Shown piece by piece: positions 22,747-33,731 of a stretch of DNA of 37,295 nt. How positions within the stretch are numbered: the stretch's first letter is position 1; the number at the start of each line of letters is the position of its first letter. Below the pieces are notes generated by a model. The model was not told the DNA's origin and did not search any database. It was given only the letters and a program-made list of their open reading frames with translations. The position numbers were made by a program, and so were the translations under genes. The DNA is from an uncultured bacterium (GTDB taxonomy: Bacteria; Methylomirabilota; Methylomirabilia; Rokubacteriales; CSP1-6): contig CAYJUC010000002.1 of assembly GCA_964372605.1 (NCBI GenBank), forward strand, positions 1-37,295, given 5' to 3'.

Positions 22747-24993
22747 CTAGAACGGGGTGCCCACCGAGAAGTGAAACTGGTACGGCTTCTCTCCCGACTT
22801 CTGGTCCAGATTGTACCCCAAGTCGAGTCGGATCGGCCCGAAGGGGGATTCCCAGCGGACGCCCGCGCCCGCCGCCTTCCGCAGCTCGAGTGGGTCGAAC
22901 TTGGTCCCGAAGCCGTAGGCGTTTCCGGCGTCGAAAAATGTGGCGAGCCGGATCCCGAAACCCACCGGGACCAGGTGCTCCACATTGAAGAGCAGCTCGG
23001 AGTCCCCGCCGATCAGCGTGCCGCTCTCGTCCCTGGGGCTGATGGTCCTGGACTTCCGGCTCCGCACGGAATTGGGCCCGCCCAAGTAGAATCGCTCGAA
23101 CAGCGGGAAGTCCTTGCCGCTGTACCCGAAGCCGTAACCAGCCTCGGCTCGGGCCGCGAGGACGGTTCCCCAAAAAACCGGGTAAAAGTACGTGGTCTCG
23201 CCAATGGTCTTGACAAACCGGTTATCCCCTCCGAGGCCGGCGACATCGAGCGCCACGCTTGACCGGCTCCCTCGGGTGGGCGCGAACACGTTGTCGCGAG
23301 AGTCGCGGGTCAACGCCCCCCCGATAAGGGACGTCACCGTGGTCCCCGCCTGCTCGAGCAACACCCTGGAGGCGTTTGACGCGACGTCGGAGATTTCGTC
23401 CCGCGTGAGCCGATAGCTGAGATGCCAGCGAGCATACTCCATGATGGGGTGGCTCAACCGGGCGCCGCCGCCGAGGCTGTCGACCGTGTACTCGAGGAAG
23501 AGCCGGCGGGTCAGGAAGATATCGAAGCCGGCCGAGAGCGGGCGGTCAAACAGCCACGGCTCGGTGATTCCGATGACGCCCTGCTGGGTCCGCGCGCCCC
23601 CCCGCGCCCGGAGGAAGACCTCGAGCCCCTTCCCGAGGAAATTCCGCTGGGAGAGGTCGAGGGTTCCGATAAAGCTGTCCACGGAGCTGAACCCGGCGCC
23701 GAGACTGAACAGGCCGGTGGGCTTCTCGGTCACTTCGATGTTGATGACGATCCGGTCCTGCCGGGAGCCGGGGACGGTCGTGGCCTTGACGTTTTCGAAA
23801 TAGCCCAGGTTCGTGAGCTTCTGCTTGGCCCGCTCGAGCTTCTGGCTCGTGAAGAGATCGCCTTCGTCCATGGGAAGCTCGCGGCGGAGAATCTTCTCGG
23901 CGCTCCGGACGTTGCCGCTGATGTTGATCCGCTCGATGAACACCTCCGGGCCTTCCTTGACCTCGAAGGTCAGGTGGATCTTCCGCTCGACCGGATCCTG
24001 GCTGGTCGCGACGTTCATGTCGGCGGAGGCCCGCCCGATGGCGCTGTAGAGCGCGATGATGGAATCGATGCTCTCGCGGACCTTCCCCCGGGAGAAGATG
24101 TCTCCCGGCTTGAGCAAAATCTGGCGGCGCACTTCTTCCATCGGAAGCACGTTGGGTCCGGTGAGATCCACCGAGCCCACGGTGAACTGGGGTCCTTCCA
24201 CGACAGCGATCCGAATGGTCACCAGAGCCTTTGTCCTGTCCACCGAGATGTCGTGGGACTCCACGCGCGCCTGGATGTATCCGTGGTCGTTGTAGAAGGC
24301 GACGATCCGCTCGATGTCCTGCTCGAGCCTCTGGCGCTGAACCGTCCCGCGGAGGATGAAAAACTGCCGCTCCTGGGTCGCCATGACCGACTTGACCTGC
24401 TTGGGAGTCAACCCTTTGGCGCCCTCGATGACGATCCGGTCGATCTTGATTTTTCGCCCCTCCACGATCCGGAAGACCACCCTCACGTCGCCGTCTGGAA
24501 GCTTCTCGGTGTCGGCGGTGAGCTGCGCTTCGAAATACCCCTCCTCCTCGTAGTGATCTCTGAGCTGGTCCCGCGCTTTCTGCACTTCCACCGGGTTGTA
24601 CACGCTGCCCAGCTTGAGATCGATCTTCTCTTGCAGGCCTTTGGCGTCGAGCTGCTTCGCGCCAACGAACTCGACATCCCGGATGAAGGGGCGCTCCGCC
24701 ACCACGAAGGTGACCTTGAGGCCGCCCTCGAACTCGTCAACCTTCAGCCGGACGTCGTCGAAAAACCCGAGGGCGAAGATGCCCTTGATGTCCTCGGCCA
24801 ACCGGGCGGGAAGAAACTGGCTGCCTACCTTGCTTTGGACACGCCCGAGGATGACGGCCTCCTGAACCCGCCGGTTCCCCTCGATCGCGATCTCGTTGAT
24901 GCGGATCTGCCGCTCCTGGCCCCAGGCCAGCGCGGGCAGGCAGGTCGCCCAGACAAAAAAAATGGAGAGAAACACTCTCCCCACACGGTTCAT
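22747..24993 (-). CDS. bamA: Outer membrane protein assembly factor BamA (Omp85)
   Basis: 748 aa with a signal peptide, POTRA-like repeats and a C-terminal beta-barrel ending in ...FHFSVGTPF. Confidence 0.95.
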   Translation of the reverse strand: MNRVGRVFLSIFFVWATCLPALAWGQERQIRINEIAIEGNRRVQEAVILGRVQSKVGSQFLPARLAEDIKGIFALGFFDDVRLKVDEFEGGLKVTFVVAERPFIRDVEFVGAKQLDAKGLQEKIDLKLGSVYNPVEVQKARDQLRDHYEEEGYFEAQLTADTEKLPDGDVRVVFRIVEGRKIKIDRIVIEGAKGLTPKQVKSVMATQERQFFILRGTVQRQRLEQDIERIVAFYNDHGYIQARVESHDISVDRTKALVTIRIAVVEGPQFTVGSVDLTGPNVLPMEEVRRQILLKPGDIFSRGKVRESIDSIIALYSAIGRASADMNVATSQDPVERKIHLTFEVKEGPEVFIERINISGNVRSAEKILRRELPMDEGDLFTSQKLERAKQKLTNLGYFENVKATTVPGSRQDRIVINIEVTEKPTGLFSLGAGFSSVDSFIGTLDLSQRNFLGKGLEVFLRARGGARTQQGVIGITEPWLFDRPLSAGFDIFLTRRLFLEYTVDSLGGGARLSHPIMEYARWHLSYRLTRDEISDVASNASRVLLEQAGTTVTSLIGGALTRDSRDNVFAPTRGSRSSVALDVAGLGGDNRFVKTIGETTYFYPVFWGTVLAARAEAGYGFGYSGKDFPLFERFYLGGPNSVRSRKSRTISPRDESGTLIGGDSELLFNVEHLVPVGFGIRLATFFDAGNAYGFGTKFDPLELRKAAGAGVRWESPFGPIRLDLGYNLDQKSGEKPYQFHFSVGTPF

Positions 24994-25050
24994 AGGCTTC
25001 AGCGGGCCCCCGTCTGATCAGCAAAAGGACGGCAAGTAACGGGACCTCCC

Positions 25051-27498
25051 CTAGTGTTCCGCAAGTTCTAGGGGGGGCTCCACGGGCTCCCGCTCCCGGA
25101 AGGCGAAGGAATCCCCCTCAGCGTCAACCTCGATCCGCGTTCCCCCGGAAAACTGCCCTCGAACGATGGCCTCCGCCAAAGGGTCTTCAATCTGCTTCTG
25201 GATCGTCCGGCGGAGTTGACGAGCCCCGTAGGTGGCGTCGTACCCCTTTCGGACCAGAAGCTGCTCGGCGCTCGGCGTGAGCTCGATCTCGATCCCCTTC
25301 TCCAGGAGCTGTTTGTTGAGCCGGGCCATCATGAGGCGGATGATGCCCATGATGTGATCCATGGACAGGGAATGGAATACGATGATGTCGTCGATCCGGT
25401 TGAGGAACTCCGGCCGGAAGGCGCGCTTCATCTCCTCGAGCACCCGTCCCTTCATCCGCTCGTAGGACTCCCCCTCCGAATCCTGGAGAAAGCCCGGCGT
25501 GGTCCGCTTGCCGATCAACTGCGTCCCCAGATTCGAGGTCATGATCAGGATGGCGTTCTTGAAGTCCACCACGTGCCCGAGGGAGTCGGTGAGGCGACCG
25601 TCATCAAGCACCTGAAGCAGCATGTTGAAGACGTCTGGATGCGCCTTCTCGATCTCGTCGAACAAGACGACGGAGTAGGGACGGCGCCGCACCTTCTCGG
25701 TGAGGAACCCGCCCTCGTCGTACCCCACGTACCCCGGCGGCGCCCCCAAGAGCCGCGAGACCGAAAACTTCTCCATGTACTCGGACATGTCGATCCGGAT
25801 CAGCGCGTTCTCGTCCCCGAAGAGGTACTCCGCCAGCGTGCGCGCCAGCTCGGTCTTCCCGACTCCGGTGGGGCCGAGGAATACGAAGGAGCCGACCGGA
25901 CGCTTGGCGTCCTTGAGGCCCGCCCGTGACCGGCGGATGGCCCGGGCCACGGCCGCGATGGCGTCGTCCTGCCCCACGATCCGGCCGTGAAGGGCTTCCT
26001 CCATCCGGGTAAGCTTCTGCGACTCTTTCTCCTCCAGTTTCGCCAGCGGGATTCCGGTCCAGCGGGAAACGATGAACTCGATGTCCTCCTCCTCGACGGT
26101 CTGCTGGGCCTTCCCCTTGTGCTTCTCCCACTCCCGCTTGAGCTCTTCATCCCGCCCGCGAAGCAGCTTCTCTTTCTCCCGGAGGGACGCGGCTTTCTCA
26201 AACTCCTGCGCCTCCAGGTACATGTCCTTTTCCCGCACCACCCGCTCGATCTCCTTCTCCAGCTCTTTGATCTCGGGCGGCGGGGTCAGGGCCATCAGCC
26301 GGGTCCGCGAGGACGCCTCGTCGATCACGTCGATGGCCTTGTCCGGAAGCTGCCGGTCGGTGATATACCGGTCGGCGAGCTTGACCGCGGCATCGACGGC
26401 CTGGTCGGTGATCTTGACCCGGTGGTGCGCCTCGTACTTGTGCCGCAACCCCTTGATGATTTCGATGGCTTCGGGAACGGACGGGGCTCGCACGATGATC
26501 GGCTGGAAGCGTCGCTCGAGCGCGCCATCCTTTTCGATGTATTTCCGATATTCGTCGAGGGTGGTCGCCCCGATGGTCTGGATTTCCCCGCGGGAGAGCG
26601 CCGGCTTGAGCATGTTGGAGGCATCGATGGCCCCCTCGGCCGCGCCGGCCCCGATGAGCGTATGGAGCTCGTCCAGAAAGAGAATGACGTTTTCCGACTG
26701 GCGGATCTCCTTCATGACGGCCTTGAGGCGCTCCTCAAACTGGCCGCGGTACTTGGTCCCGGCCACCAGGGCGCCGAGGTCGAGTTGGAGGAGACGCTTC
26801 TGCACCAGCACGTCGGGGACATCGTGGTTGATGATCTTCTGGGCCAGCCCTTCGACGATGGCGGTCTTCCCCACGCCGGGCTCGCCGATCAGGACCGGGT
26901 TGTTCTTGGTCCGTCGTGACAGGATCTGGATCACCCGCTCGATCTCCATCTCCCGGCCGATGACGGGATCCAGCTTCCCTTCCCGCGCCAGCTGTGTCAG
27001 GTCCCGGGCGAACTCGTCCAGGACCGGGGTCTGGGAGCGCTTCTTGGGGCGGGGGTAGTACTGGTCCCCGAGGAGGGCCAGCGTCTCCTGGCGGACCTCG
27101 TCCAGGCGAGCGCCGAGGGACTCGAGGATCTTGGCGGCGATGGACTGCCCCTCCTTCATCACGCCGATGAGCAGATGCTCGGTCCCGATGTAGTTGTGGC
27201 CCAGCTGGCGGGCTTCCTCGATGGAGAGTTCCAGAACGCGCTTGGCCTGGGGGGTGAACGGCACTTCCCCGAACGTCAGGGTCTTCTGAAAGCCGGCCAG
27301 CGCCCGCTCCACCTCCGCCTTGACGGTCTCGAGGCGAAGGCCGAGCCGCTGCAGAACCGCCGTCGCTATCCCCTCTCCGTCCCTGATCAGCCCCAGGAGA
27401 ATATGTTCGGTCCCCACAAAATCGTGGCGAAACCGGCCAGCCTCCTCACGGGCTAGAATGATGACCCGCCGCGCCCGCTCAGTGAATCGCTCGAACAC
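25051..27498 (-). CDS. clpC: ATP-dependent Clp protease ATP-binding subunit, ClpC type
   Basis: 815 aa with tandem Clp_N repeats, two AAA+ modules (GEPGVGKT and GPTGVGKT) and a UVR-like linker ([13 protein letters not shown]). A GTG start follows SD GGAGGA. Confidence 0.9.
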   Translation of the reverse strand: MFERFTERARRVIILAREEAGRFRHDFVGTEHILLGLIRDGEGIATAVLQRLGLRLETVKAEVERALAGFQKTLTFGEVPFTPQAKRVLELSIEEARQLGHNYIGTEHLLIGVMKEGQSIAAKILESLGARLDEVRQETLALLGDQYYPRPKKRSQTPVLDEFARDLTQLAREGKLDPVIGREMEIERVIQILSRRTKNNPVLIGEPGVGKTAIVEGLAQKIINHDVPDVLVQKRLLQLDLGALVAGTKYRGQFEERLKAVMKEIRQSENVILFLDELHTLIGAGAAEGAIDASNMLKPALSRGEIQTIGATTLDEYRKYIEKDGALERRFQPIIVRAPSVPEAIEIIKGLRHKYEAHHRVKITDQAVDAAVKLADRYITDRQLPDKAIDVIDEASSRTRLMALTPPPEIKELEKEIERVVREKDMYLEAQEFEKAASLREKEKLLRGRDEELKREWEKHKGKAQQTVEEEDIEFIVSRWTGIPLAKLEEKESQKLTRMEEALHGRIVGQDDAIAAVARAIRRSRAGLKDAKRPVGSFVFLGPTGVGKTELARTLAEYLFGDENALIRIDMSEYMEKFSVSRLLGAPPGYVGYDEGGFLTEKVRRRPYSVVLFDEIEKAHPDVFNMLLQVLDDGRLTDSLGHVVDFKNAILIMTSNLGTQLIGKRTTPGFLQDSEGESYERMKGRVLEEMKRAFRPEFLNRIDDIIVFHSLSMDHIMGIIRLMMARLNKQLLEKGIEIELTPSAEQLLVRKGYDATYGARQLRRTIQKQIEDPLAEAIVRGQFSGGTRIEVDAEGDSFAFREREPVEPPLELAEH

Positions 27499-27555
27499 TG
27501 GTCTATCCTCCGGGTCTTATTAACGTTTTCGTTCCGAAGCTGCCATTCCGCCCAC

Positions 27556-27561
27556 AGTATA
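27556..27561 (-). promoter_or_regulatory. Candidate -10 element (TATACT) upstream of clpC
   Basis: The minus strand reads CTGGGATATACTG (27567..27555), 57 nt upstream of the clpC GTG. There is a 12/13 match to 3765..3753. No good -35 was seen. Confidence 0.25.
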
Positions 27562-27616
27562 TCCCAGACAGCCTTCCCTGATCTAGCCTTTTCTTTGACC
27601 TCCCCGGATCGCCCAA

Positions 27617-28312
27617 TCAGGGCCAGGGCGCCGCCCGCCCGTCGATCAATCGATAGCTGTGGTCCGCTCTGCGGGCGAGGTCAGGGTTGTGGGTCGCGAT
27701 CACGAAAGTCAACCCCCGCTCCGCCTGGAGCCGGAGAAACAGGTCGAAAATCACCTCGCTGGTCTTGGGGTCCAGGTTCCCCGTGGGCTCGTCAGCCAGG
27801 ATCAGCCGGGGGCGATGCACGAGCGCCCGGGCGATGGCGACACGCTGCTGTTCGCCTCCGGAAAGCTCGCCGGGACGGTGATGAAGTCGATCGCCCAGCC
27901 CCACCCCCTGGAGGGCCTGCGCTGCCAGCTCCCGGGCCTCGCTCCACGGTCGGCGCTGGAGCAGCACGGGCAGCAGCGTGTTCTCCAGGGCCGTCATCTC
28001 GCTGAGGAGATTGTAGAACTGGAAGACAAAACCCACCTCGGTGCGCCGAAACCGGGCCAGCGCGGCCTCCGACTGGGTGAAGACCGGTCCGCCATCGAAC
28101 CACACCTGGCCCGCGGTGGGGCGGGCCAGGGCGCCAAGCAGGTAGAGGAGCGTCGACTTCCCCACTCCCGAGGCGCCGACCAGCGACACCACCTCCCCCT
28201 GCCCGACCGCGAGATGCACGCCCCGCAGCACTCGAACCGGCTCCGGACCGATTCGGTACTCCTTTTCCAAACCCTGGGCGACCAGAAGTTCCCGAGCCGG
28301 AGGGCTACTCAT
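27617..28312 (-). CDS. lolD: Lipoprotein-releasing system ATP-binding protein
   Basis: ABC ATPase with GASGVGKST, LSGGEQQRVAIARAL and ILADEPTGNLD. ATG 28312 is preferred over TTG 28327. Confidence 0.85.
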   Translation of the reverse strand: MSSPPARELLVAQGLEKEYRIGPEPVRVLRGVHLAVGQGEVVSLVGASGVGKSTLLYLLGALARPTAGQVWFDGGPVFTQSEAALARFRRTEVGFVFQFYNLLSEMTALENTLLPVLLQRRPWSEARELAAQALQGVGLGDRLHHRPGELSGGEQQRVAIARALVHRPRLILADEPTGNLDPKTSEVIFDLFLRLQAERGLTFVIATHNPDLARRADHSYRLIDGRAAPWP

Positions 28313-29543
28313 AGCGAAGCACCTCAACCGGGTCCAACCTGGCCGCCCTGCGGGCCGGGGAGAGCGTGGCTAAGAACGAGATGAGGAGCGTGGCCCCGAC
28401 CACCACCAGGAAATCCGGAGTGGTCAGCTTCATCGGAAGATGGTCGATCTGGTAGACGTCGCCAGCGAGCCGGATGATCTTGTAGTGGTTCTGGACGTAG
28501 ATGAGCGCGAGCCCGACCAGACTCCCCGCCGCGGTGCCGACGATCCCGATCAGCATCCCCACCGCCAGGAAGATCGCGGCAATGCTCGTGGACGGAGCGC
28601 CCATGGCCTTCAAGATCCCGATCTCCTTCCGCTTCTCGGCCACCAGGAGCACCAGGTGCCCGATGATGGCGAAAGCCGCCACCAGCACGATGATGGTCAC
28701 GATGATGAAGAGCGCGGTCTTCTCGAGCTGAAGCGCCGCGAACAGATTCCGGTTCATCTCCATCCAGTCCCGCACCCAGTAAGGGAAGCCCAGCTCTCGT
28801 CGGATGGCCTGGGCCACGGCCTTGGCCGCGAACGGGTTCTGGAGCTCTACCTCGATCCCCGTCACGCGCTCCCCGAGGGCCGCGAACTCCTGAGCCGCCG
28901 GCAGCGCCACGTAGGCCAGCGAGGCGTCGTATTCGAACATGCCCACTTCGACGGTCCCGGCCACCTTGAACCGCCGCATCTTCGGGACCATCCCCACAGC
29001 CGTCATCGCGCCCTGGGGGGAGATCACGGTCACCGACTCTCCCGGGATGACCCCGAGGGTCCTGGCCAGCTCGCGTCCCAGCACGATGGCGGGCGGCGCT
29101 CCGGGCGCCGCCAGTTCTTCCAGGCCTCCCGTTTTGAGATGGCGCGCGAGATTCGACCGTACCGCCGGCGCAGTGAGGTCGACACCGCGGACGAGCCCGC
29201 CGGTGGCCGCGCCGGCGGCGGTGAACAGCGCCTGCTGGATAACGAAGGGAGTGGCCGACCTGACCCCGGCCACGGCGCGAACGCGCCCGGCCAGCGCCCC
29301 GGCTGCCTCCACCCCGCGGCCGCCGGCTTCGAGGACCAGAATGTGGGGGTTGGCGGAGAGAATCTTGTCGCGGATGCCGTCCTGGAAGCCGGTCATGACC
29401 GCGAGCACAACGATCAGCGCGCTGACGCCCAGAAAGACCCCGCCGATCCCGATCCAGACGAACAACGAGAGGTTGGCGCGATGCCCCTTGGCTCCCAGGT
29501 AGCGAAGCCCCAGGAACAGCTCGAAGGGGAGCCCACGCTTCAT
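28305..29543 (-). CDS. Lipoprotein-releasing system permease, LolC/LolE family
   Basis: 412 aa with MacB/FtsX-type topology: an N-terminal TM helix, a periplasmic domain and a C-terminal FtsX-like TM bundle. It lies immediately upstream of lolD. Confidence 0.85.
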   Translation of the reverse strand: MKRGLPFELFLGLRYLGAKGHRANLSLFVWIGIGGVFLGVSALIVVLAVMTGFQDGIRDKILSANPHILVLEAGGRGVEAAGALAGRVRAVAGVRSATPFVIQQALFTAAGAATGGLVRGVDLTAPAVRSNLARHLKTGGLEELAAPGAPPAIVLGRELARTLGVIPGESVTVISPQGAMTAVGMVPKMRRFKVAGTVEVGMFEYDASLAYVALPAAQEFAALGERVTGIEVELQNPFAAKAVAQAIRRELGFPYWVRDWMEMNRNLFAALQLEKTALFIIVTIIVLVAAFAIIGHLVLLVAEKRKEIGILKAMGAPSTSIAAIFLAVGMLIGIVGTAAGSLVGLALIYVQNHYKIIRLAGDVYQIDHLPMKLTTPDFLVVVGATLLISFLATLSPARRAARLDPVEVLRYE

Positions 29544-31045
29544 CAGCCGTCGCCCTCGGCTTCCGGCTCGGCACTCTTCCGGGTCTCGGGCTTGAGCAGG
29601 GGAAAGAGGATCACGTCCCGGATCGAAGGCTGGTCGGCGAAGAGCATCACCAGGCGATCGATGCCGATCCCCTCTCCCGCCGTCGGCGGCAGGCCGTACT
29701 CGAGGGCGCGGATGAAATCCTGGTCGAGCAGTTGGGCCTCATCGTCTCCCCTCGTCCGCTCCATCGCCTGGTGAAAAAATCGCGCCCACTGCTCTTTCGG
29801 TTCATTCAGCTCCGTATACGCGTTGACGATCTCTCGCCGGGCGACAAAGAGCTCGAACCGTTCGACGAGGCTCGGCTCTCCCGGTTTCTGCTTTGCGAGC
29901 GGCGAAAGCTCAACGGGAAAGTCCACCACGAACGTTGGCTGCACAAGTGTGGATTCCACGAGGGATTCAAAGGCGGCTTTGTAAATTTGGGCGGCGGTCA
30001 CTCCGGGATCTATATGCGCCAGCCGCTCTCCTGCCAGCGTGAGAATTTCACGAGGTTCTGTGGTCGGTGTAACCTCACTCCCAAGGGCGCGCGAGATCCC
30101 CTCAAAAAACGGGAGCCGGCGCCAGGGCGGGGTCAGGTCGATGGACTCCTCCTGATACGTCAGCGTGAGGCGTCCCAGGAGCGACTGGGCGAGGTGGACA
30201 AAGAGCGCCTCCGTCAGCTCCATCAGGTCGTTGTAGTCGGCATACGCCTGATAGAACTCCAGCATCGTGAACTCCGGGTTATGCTGGGTCGAGACCCCTT
30301 CGTTCCTGAAATTCCGGTTGATCTCGTAGACTCGATCGAACCCGCCGACCACGAGCCGCTTGAGGTAGAGCTCGGGCGCGACGCGAAGGTAGAGCTTCAT
30401 GGCGAGCGCGTTGTGGTAGGTCTCGAACGGCTTGGCGGCGGCGCCCCCCGGAATCGGCTGCATCATCGGGGTCTCCACCTCCAGGAAGCCCCGCTCATCA
30501 AAAAATGTCCGCATGGCTTTTGTGAGACGGCTGCGGAGGCGGAACACCTCCCGCACCCCGGGGTTCACCACCAGGTCCACGTAGCGCTGACGGTAACGGG
30601 TCTCCACATCTTTGAGCCCGTGCCATTTTTCGGGGAGCGGCCGGAGCGACTTCGCAAGGAACACGAACGCCTTCACGGCCACCGTCAGCTCGCCGGTCCG
30701 CGTCCTGAACAGCTCGCCGGTGACCCCGATGAAGTCACCCACGTCGAGGTCCGTGAAGAGCGCGTAGTCGTCGCCGAGCTGGTCGGCCCGGGCGTAGAGC
30801 TGGACGGTTCCCGTATGGTCCATGATGTGGGCGAAGCAGGTCTTGCCGTGGTGCCGGAGGGCCAGGAGGCGCCCGGCCATGCTGACGGGCCCGAAGTCCC
30901 GGAGCCGCTCGTCCCGGTCCCGGTCGCCGAACAGCTCCGCCAGGTTGCCCGCCCAGTGGGTGACCGGGAAGCGGGAGCCGAACGGGTCGATCCCGCGCTG
31001 CCGGAGCGCCTCGAGCTTTTCCTGCCGCCGAGCGGGCGTGCTCAT
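29543..31045 (-). CDS. lysS: Lysyl-tRNA synthetase (class II)
   Basis: 500 aa with an N-terminal OB anticodon-binding domain and class II motifs (FRNEG...[13 protein letters not shown]; GIGIDRLVM). Confidence 0.95.
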   Translation of the reverse strand: MSTPARRQEKLEALRQRGIDPFGSRFPVTHWAGNLAELFGDRDRDERLRDFGPVSMAGRLLALRHHGKTCFAHIMDHTGTVQLYARADQLGDDYALFTDLDVGDFIGVTGELFRTRTGELTVAVKAFVFLAKSLRPLPEKWHGLKDVETRYRQRYVDLVVNPGVREVFRLRSRLTKAMRTFFDERGFLEVETPMMQPIPGGAAAKPFETYHNALAMKLYLRVAPELYLKRLVVGGFDRVYEINRNFRNEGVSTQHNPEFTMLEFYQAYADYNDLMELTEALFVHLAQSLLGRLTLTYQEESIDLTPPWRRLPFFEGISRALGSEVTPTTEPREILTLAGERLAHIDPGVTAAQIYKAAFESLVESTLVQPTFVVDFPVELSPLAKQKPGEPSLVERFELFVARREIVNAYTELNEPKEQWARFFHQAMERTRGDDEAQLLDQDFIRALEYGLPPTAGEGIGIDRLVMLFADQPSIRDVILFPLLKPETRKSAEPEAEGDG

Positions 31046-31055
31046 GAAAGGTATT

Positions 31056-32154
31056 CTACGCTGACTTCCCGGAGAGGAGGTACGCCTGGATGAACGGGTC
31101 GAGGTCCCCGTCCATGACCGCGCTCACGTTGCCCACCTCGAGGCCGGTCCGGTGATCCTTGATCAGCTGGTAGGGGTGGAAGGTGTACGATCGGATCTGG
31201 CTCCCGAAGGCGATTTCCCGCTTCTCGCCGGTCAGTTCGGCCAGCTCCTGCCGCTGCTTCTTCTCGTAGATCTGGTAGAGCCGCGCCCGGAGGATCTTGA
31301 GCGCCGTGTCCCGGTTCCTGAGCTGGGAGCGCTCGTTCTGGCACTGGACCACGAGCCCGGTGGGGAGGTGGGTGATCCGCACGGCGGAGTCCGCGGTGTT
31401 CACTCCCTGACCACCGGGACCCGAAGACCGGAACACGTCGATCCGCAGCTCCTCGTCGCGGATGACGACCTCCACGTCTTCCACTTCGGGGATGACGGAG
31501 ACAGAGGCGAAGGAGGTGTGGCGCCGGCGAGAGGCGTCGAAGGGAGAGATTCGCACCAGCCGGTGGACGCCCGTCTCGCCCTTGAGATAACCGTAGGCGT
31601 ACTCCCCGACGACGGTGATGGTGACCGATTTGATCCCGGCCTCGTCGCCGGGCAGAAGGTCCACCACCTCCGCCTTGAACCCGACCCGCTCCGTCCAGCG
31701 GAGGTACATTCGCATGAGTATCTGGGCCCAGTCCTGGGACTCGGTGCCGCCGGCGCCGGGGTGGATGGAGAGGATGGCCGTCTTCCCGTCGTGGGGGCCG
31801 GAGAGAATCACCTTCAGCTGGAAGGCGTCGACAGCCTGGCGGACCTCCCGGATTCCTTGCTCGATCTCCGGGGCAACGCTCTCATCCGATTCTTCGCGGG
31901 CCAGCTCCCAGAGGAGCCGGAGCTCCTCCACCTTCTGAGCCAGCTCCCGCCACTGCCCCACGAGCCGCGCGAGATCGGAGCGCTCCTGGACCACCGCCTG
32001 CGCCCGGCGGCTCTCCTCCCAGAACGCAGGGGAGGCCATCTCCTCCTCGATCTGGCGGAGCCGCGTCTCTTTGGCCTCGAGGTCAAAGATGCCCCCGCAG
32101 GTCGTCCAGCCGCTTCTCGAACTCCACTACCTCTCGCTTCAAGTCGCTGAGCAT
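31056..32154 (-). CDS. prfB: Peptide chain release factor 2, expressed via programmed +1 frameshift
   Basis: Frame 0 runs from ATG 32154 through 23 codons ([23 protein letters not shown]) to CTT (32088..32086), followed by an in-frame TGA (32085..32083). The +1 frame from GAC 32084 continues [22 protein letters not shown]... to 31056. SPF and GGQ motifs are present, and the joined product is 365 aa. Confidence 0.92.
32082..32097 (-). promoter_or_regulatory. RF2 autoregulatory +1 frameshift site
   Basis: The minus strand reads CGG GGG CAT CTT TGA C. This is an SD-like G-run 3 nt upstream of the slippery CTT and the in-frame TGA followed by C, as at the E. coli prfB site. Confidence 0.9.
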
Positions 32155-32171
32155 GACCGGTCTCCAAGGGC

Positions 32172-33731
32172 TCAAAACCCGACGTTTCTACGCTGCACCA
32201 ACGCCCAGAGGCCGCTCGCCCCCGTCAGCCCGAGACAGAGATAGGCGAACAAATCGCCAAACCGCGTATAGAACGTCACCCTGCGACGGAGGGGCAAGCG
32301 GGCCGTGAGCACGCCCCGCTCGAAGAGCGGGAGCGTCGCCCGGATGCGCCCGCTCGGCTCGATGACCGCCGACACCCCGGTGTTCGCCGCTCGGGCCAGG
32401 GCCACGCGGTGCTCGACGGCGCGAAACGGAAGCACCGCCAGATGCTGCCACGGTCCGCTCGTCCGCCCGAACCACGCGTCGTTGGTGATGTTCACCATGA
32501 AGCGCGCCCCACCCGACACGAAGCCCCGGAACAGCTCGGGGAACAGTCCTTCGTAGCAGATCACCACCCCGAACGATCCCTCCGCCAAGGGGAACACCGT
32601 CTGGCGGGTTCCTGCGGCAAACTCGGAGATGAACTCCGCCCACCGCTGGACGAATCCGATGAGCCACCGAAGCGGGATGTATTCTCCGAACGGAACCAAG
32701 TGTATTTTATCATAAGACATTTCGATCCCCCTGTCGGACAGGAAAACGGCGCTGTTGTAGTAGCGATTGCCGCCGAGCCCTCCCACATCCACGGCCCCGA
32801 GGATCAGCGGAGCCCGGATGGCTCCGGAGAGTTTCGTCAGGCCGTCCAGCATCGGCGGGTCCAGCCTGAGAATAGCCGGCACCGCGGTCTCCGGCCAGAT
32901 CACCACGGCAGGGCCCGACCGCGCCGCCTCCAGGGTGAGGGCCTGGTAGACTGCCATCGTCCGAGCCTGGAAGTCCGGGTCCCACTTGATCGCCTGCTCG
33001 ACGTTGGGCTGCACGATGGCCACGACAAGCGCCTCTTCTTCGGCGGTCGTCACGCTCCCCCGCCCCACCCAGACCGCCAGCAGCACGAGCCCGACCGCTC
33101 CGAGAAGGCCGGGCGCGCCCCGCAGCCACCCTGCCGCGAGCGCTCCCGCCAGGGCCGCGTTCACGAGCGCGATCAGAAACGACACGCCGTAGACTCCGGT
33201 CCACTCCACCACCTGGATGAGGGGCAGCTGACGATACTGGGAATAGCCCAAGAGCCCCCACGGAAAACCCGAAAGTAGATGTCCCCGCAGCCACTCCGCG
33301 GCCACCCAGAGAACCGGCACGGCGGCCAGCGCCCATCCTCTCCCCAGGTGGCGCGCCAGCCAGCTTGCCGCCGCCGCCACGCCTCCGATGTAGAGCCCCA
33401 GATATCCGGCCAGGCCGACGATCGGCAGCCAGGTGAGCGGCCAGGGAATCGCGCTGTAAGTCCGAAAGGTATAGTCGAGCCATCCGAGCAACAGGGTGAA
33501 GAACACTACTCCGGCCAGCCAGCCGTCCCCGAACGCTTCCCTGGGCGGCCTCGCAAGGGCGCACCCGAAGACCGGAACCAGCGCCACCCAGGCGAGGAGG
33601 GGAATCTCGGTGGCGGGAAAAGCCAGGGCGAGCGCTCCCCCTGAAGCAAGGAGGAGCGGGACGCGGGCGACCCGGGGAGTGAGAAGCGCCAGGAAGCCGC
33701 GGGGTGCCGACTCCAGGGGCTCAGACCCCAT
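32172..33731 (-). CDS. lnt: Apolipoprotein N-acyltransferase
   Basis: 519 aa from ATG 33731, with a multi-TM N-terminal half and a CN-hydrolase domain carrying the catalytic-Cys motif VVICYEGLFPE. The 612-aa track ORF overextends into the upstream gene. Confidence 0.85.
   Translation of the reverse strand: MGSEPLESAPRGFLALLTPRVARVPLLLASGGALALAFPATEIPLLAWVALVPVFGCALARPPREAFGDGWLAGVVFFTLLLGWLDYTFRTYSAIPWPLTWLPIVGLAGYLGLYIGGVAAAASWLARHLGRGWALAAVPVLWVAAEWLRGHLLSGFPWGLLGYSQYRQLPLIQVVEWTGVYGVSFLIALVNAALAGALAAGWLRGAPGLLGAVGLVLLAVWVGRGSVTTAEEEALVVAIVQPNVEQAIKWDPDFQARTMAVYQALTLEAARSGPAVVIWPETAVPAILRLDPPMLDGLTKLSGAIRAPLILGAVDVGGLGGNRYYNSAVFLSDRGIEMSYDKIHLVPFGEYIPLRWLIGFVQRWAEFISEFAAGTRQTVFPLAEGSFGVVICYEGLFPELFRGFVSGGARFMVNITNDAWFGRTSGPWQHLAVLPFRAVEHRVALARAANTGVSAVIEPSGRIRATLPLFERGVLTARLPLRRRVTFYTRFGDLFAYLCLGLTGASGLWALVQRRNVGF

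Noticed and set aside
24994-25050. Possible terminator or promoter in the clpC-bamA spacer (CCGTC...GACGG stem)
   Set aside because: It is a 5-bp stem with a 13-nt loop and no U-tract, too weak to call. No convincing -35/-10 pair was found.
27594-27600. Single GGTCAAA (minus strand) upstream of clpC resembling a CtsR operator half-site
   Set aside because: The CtsR operator is a tandem heptad repeat. The second repeat here (AGGCTAGA) matches only about 4 of 7 positions. The organism is a diderm, where CtsR is not expected.
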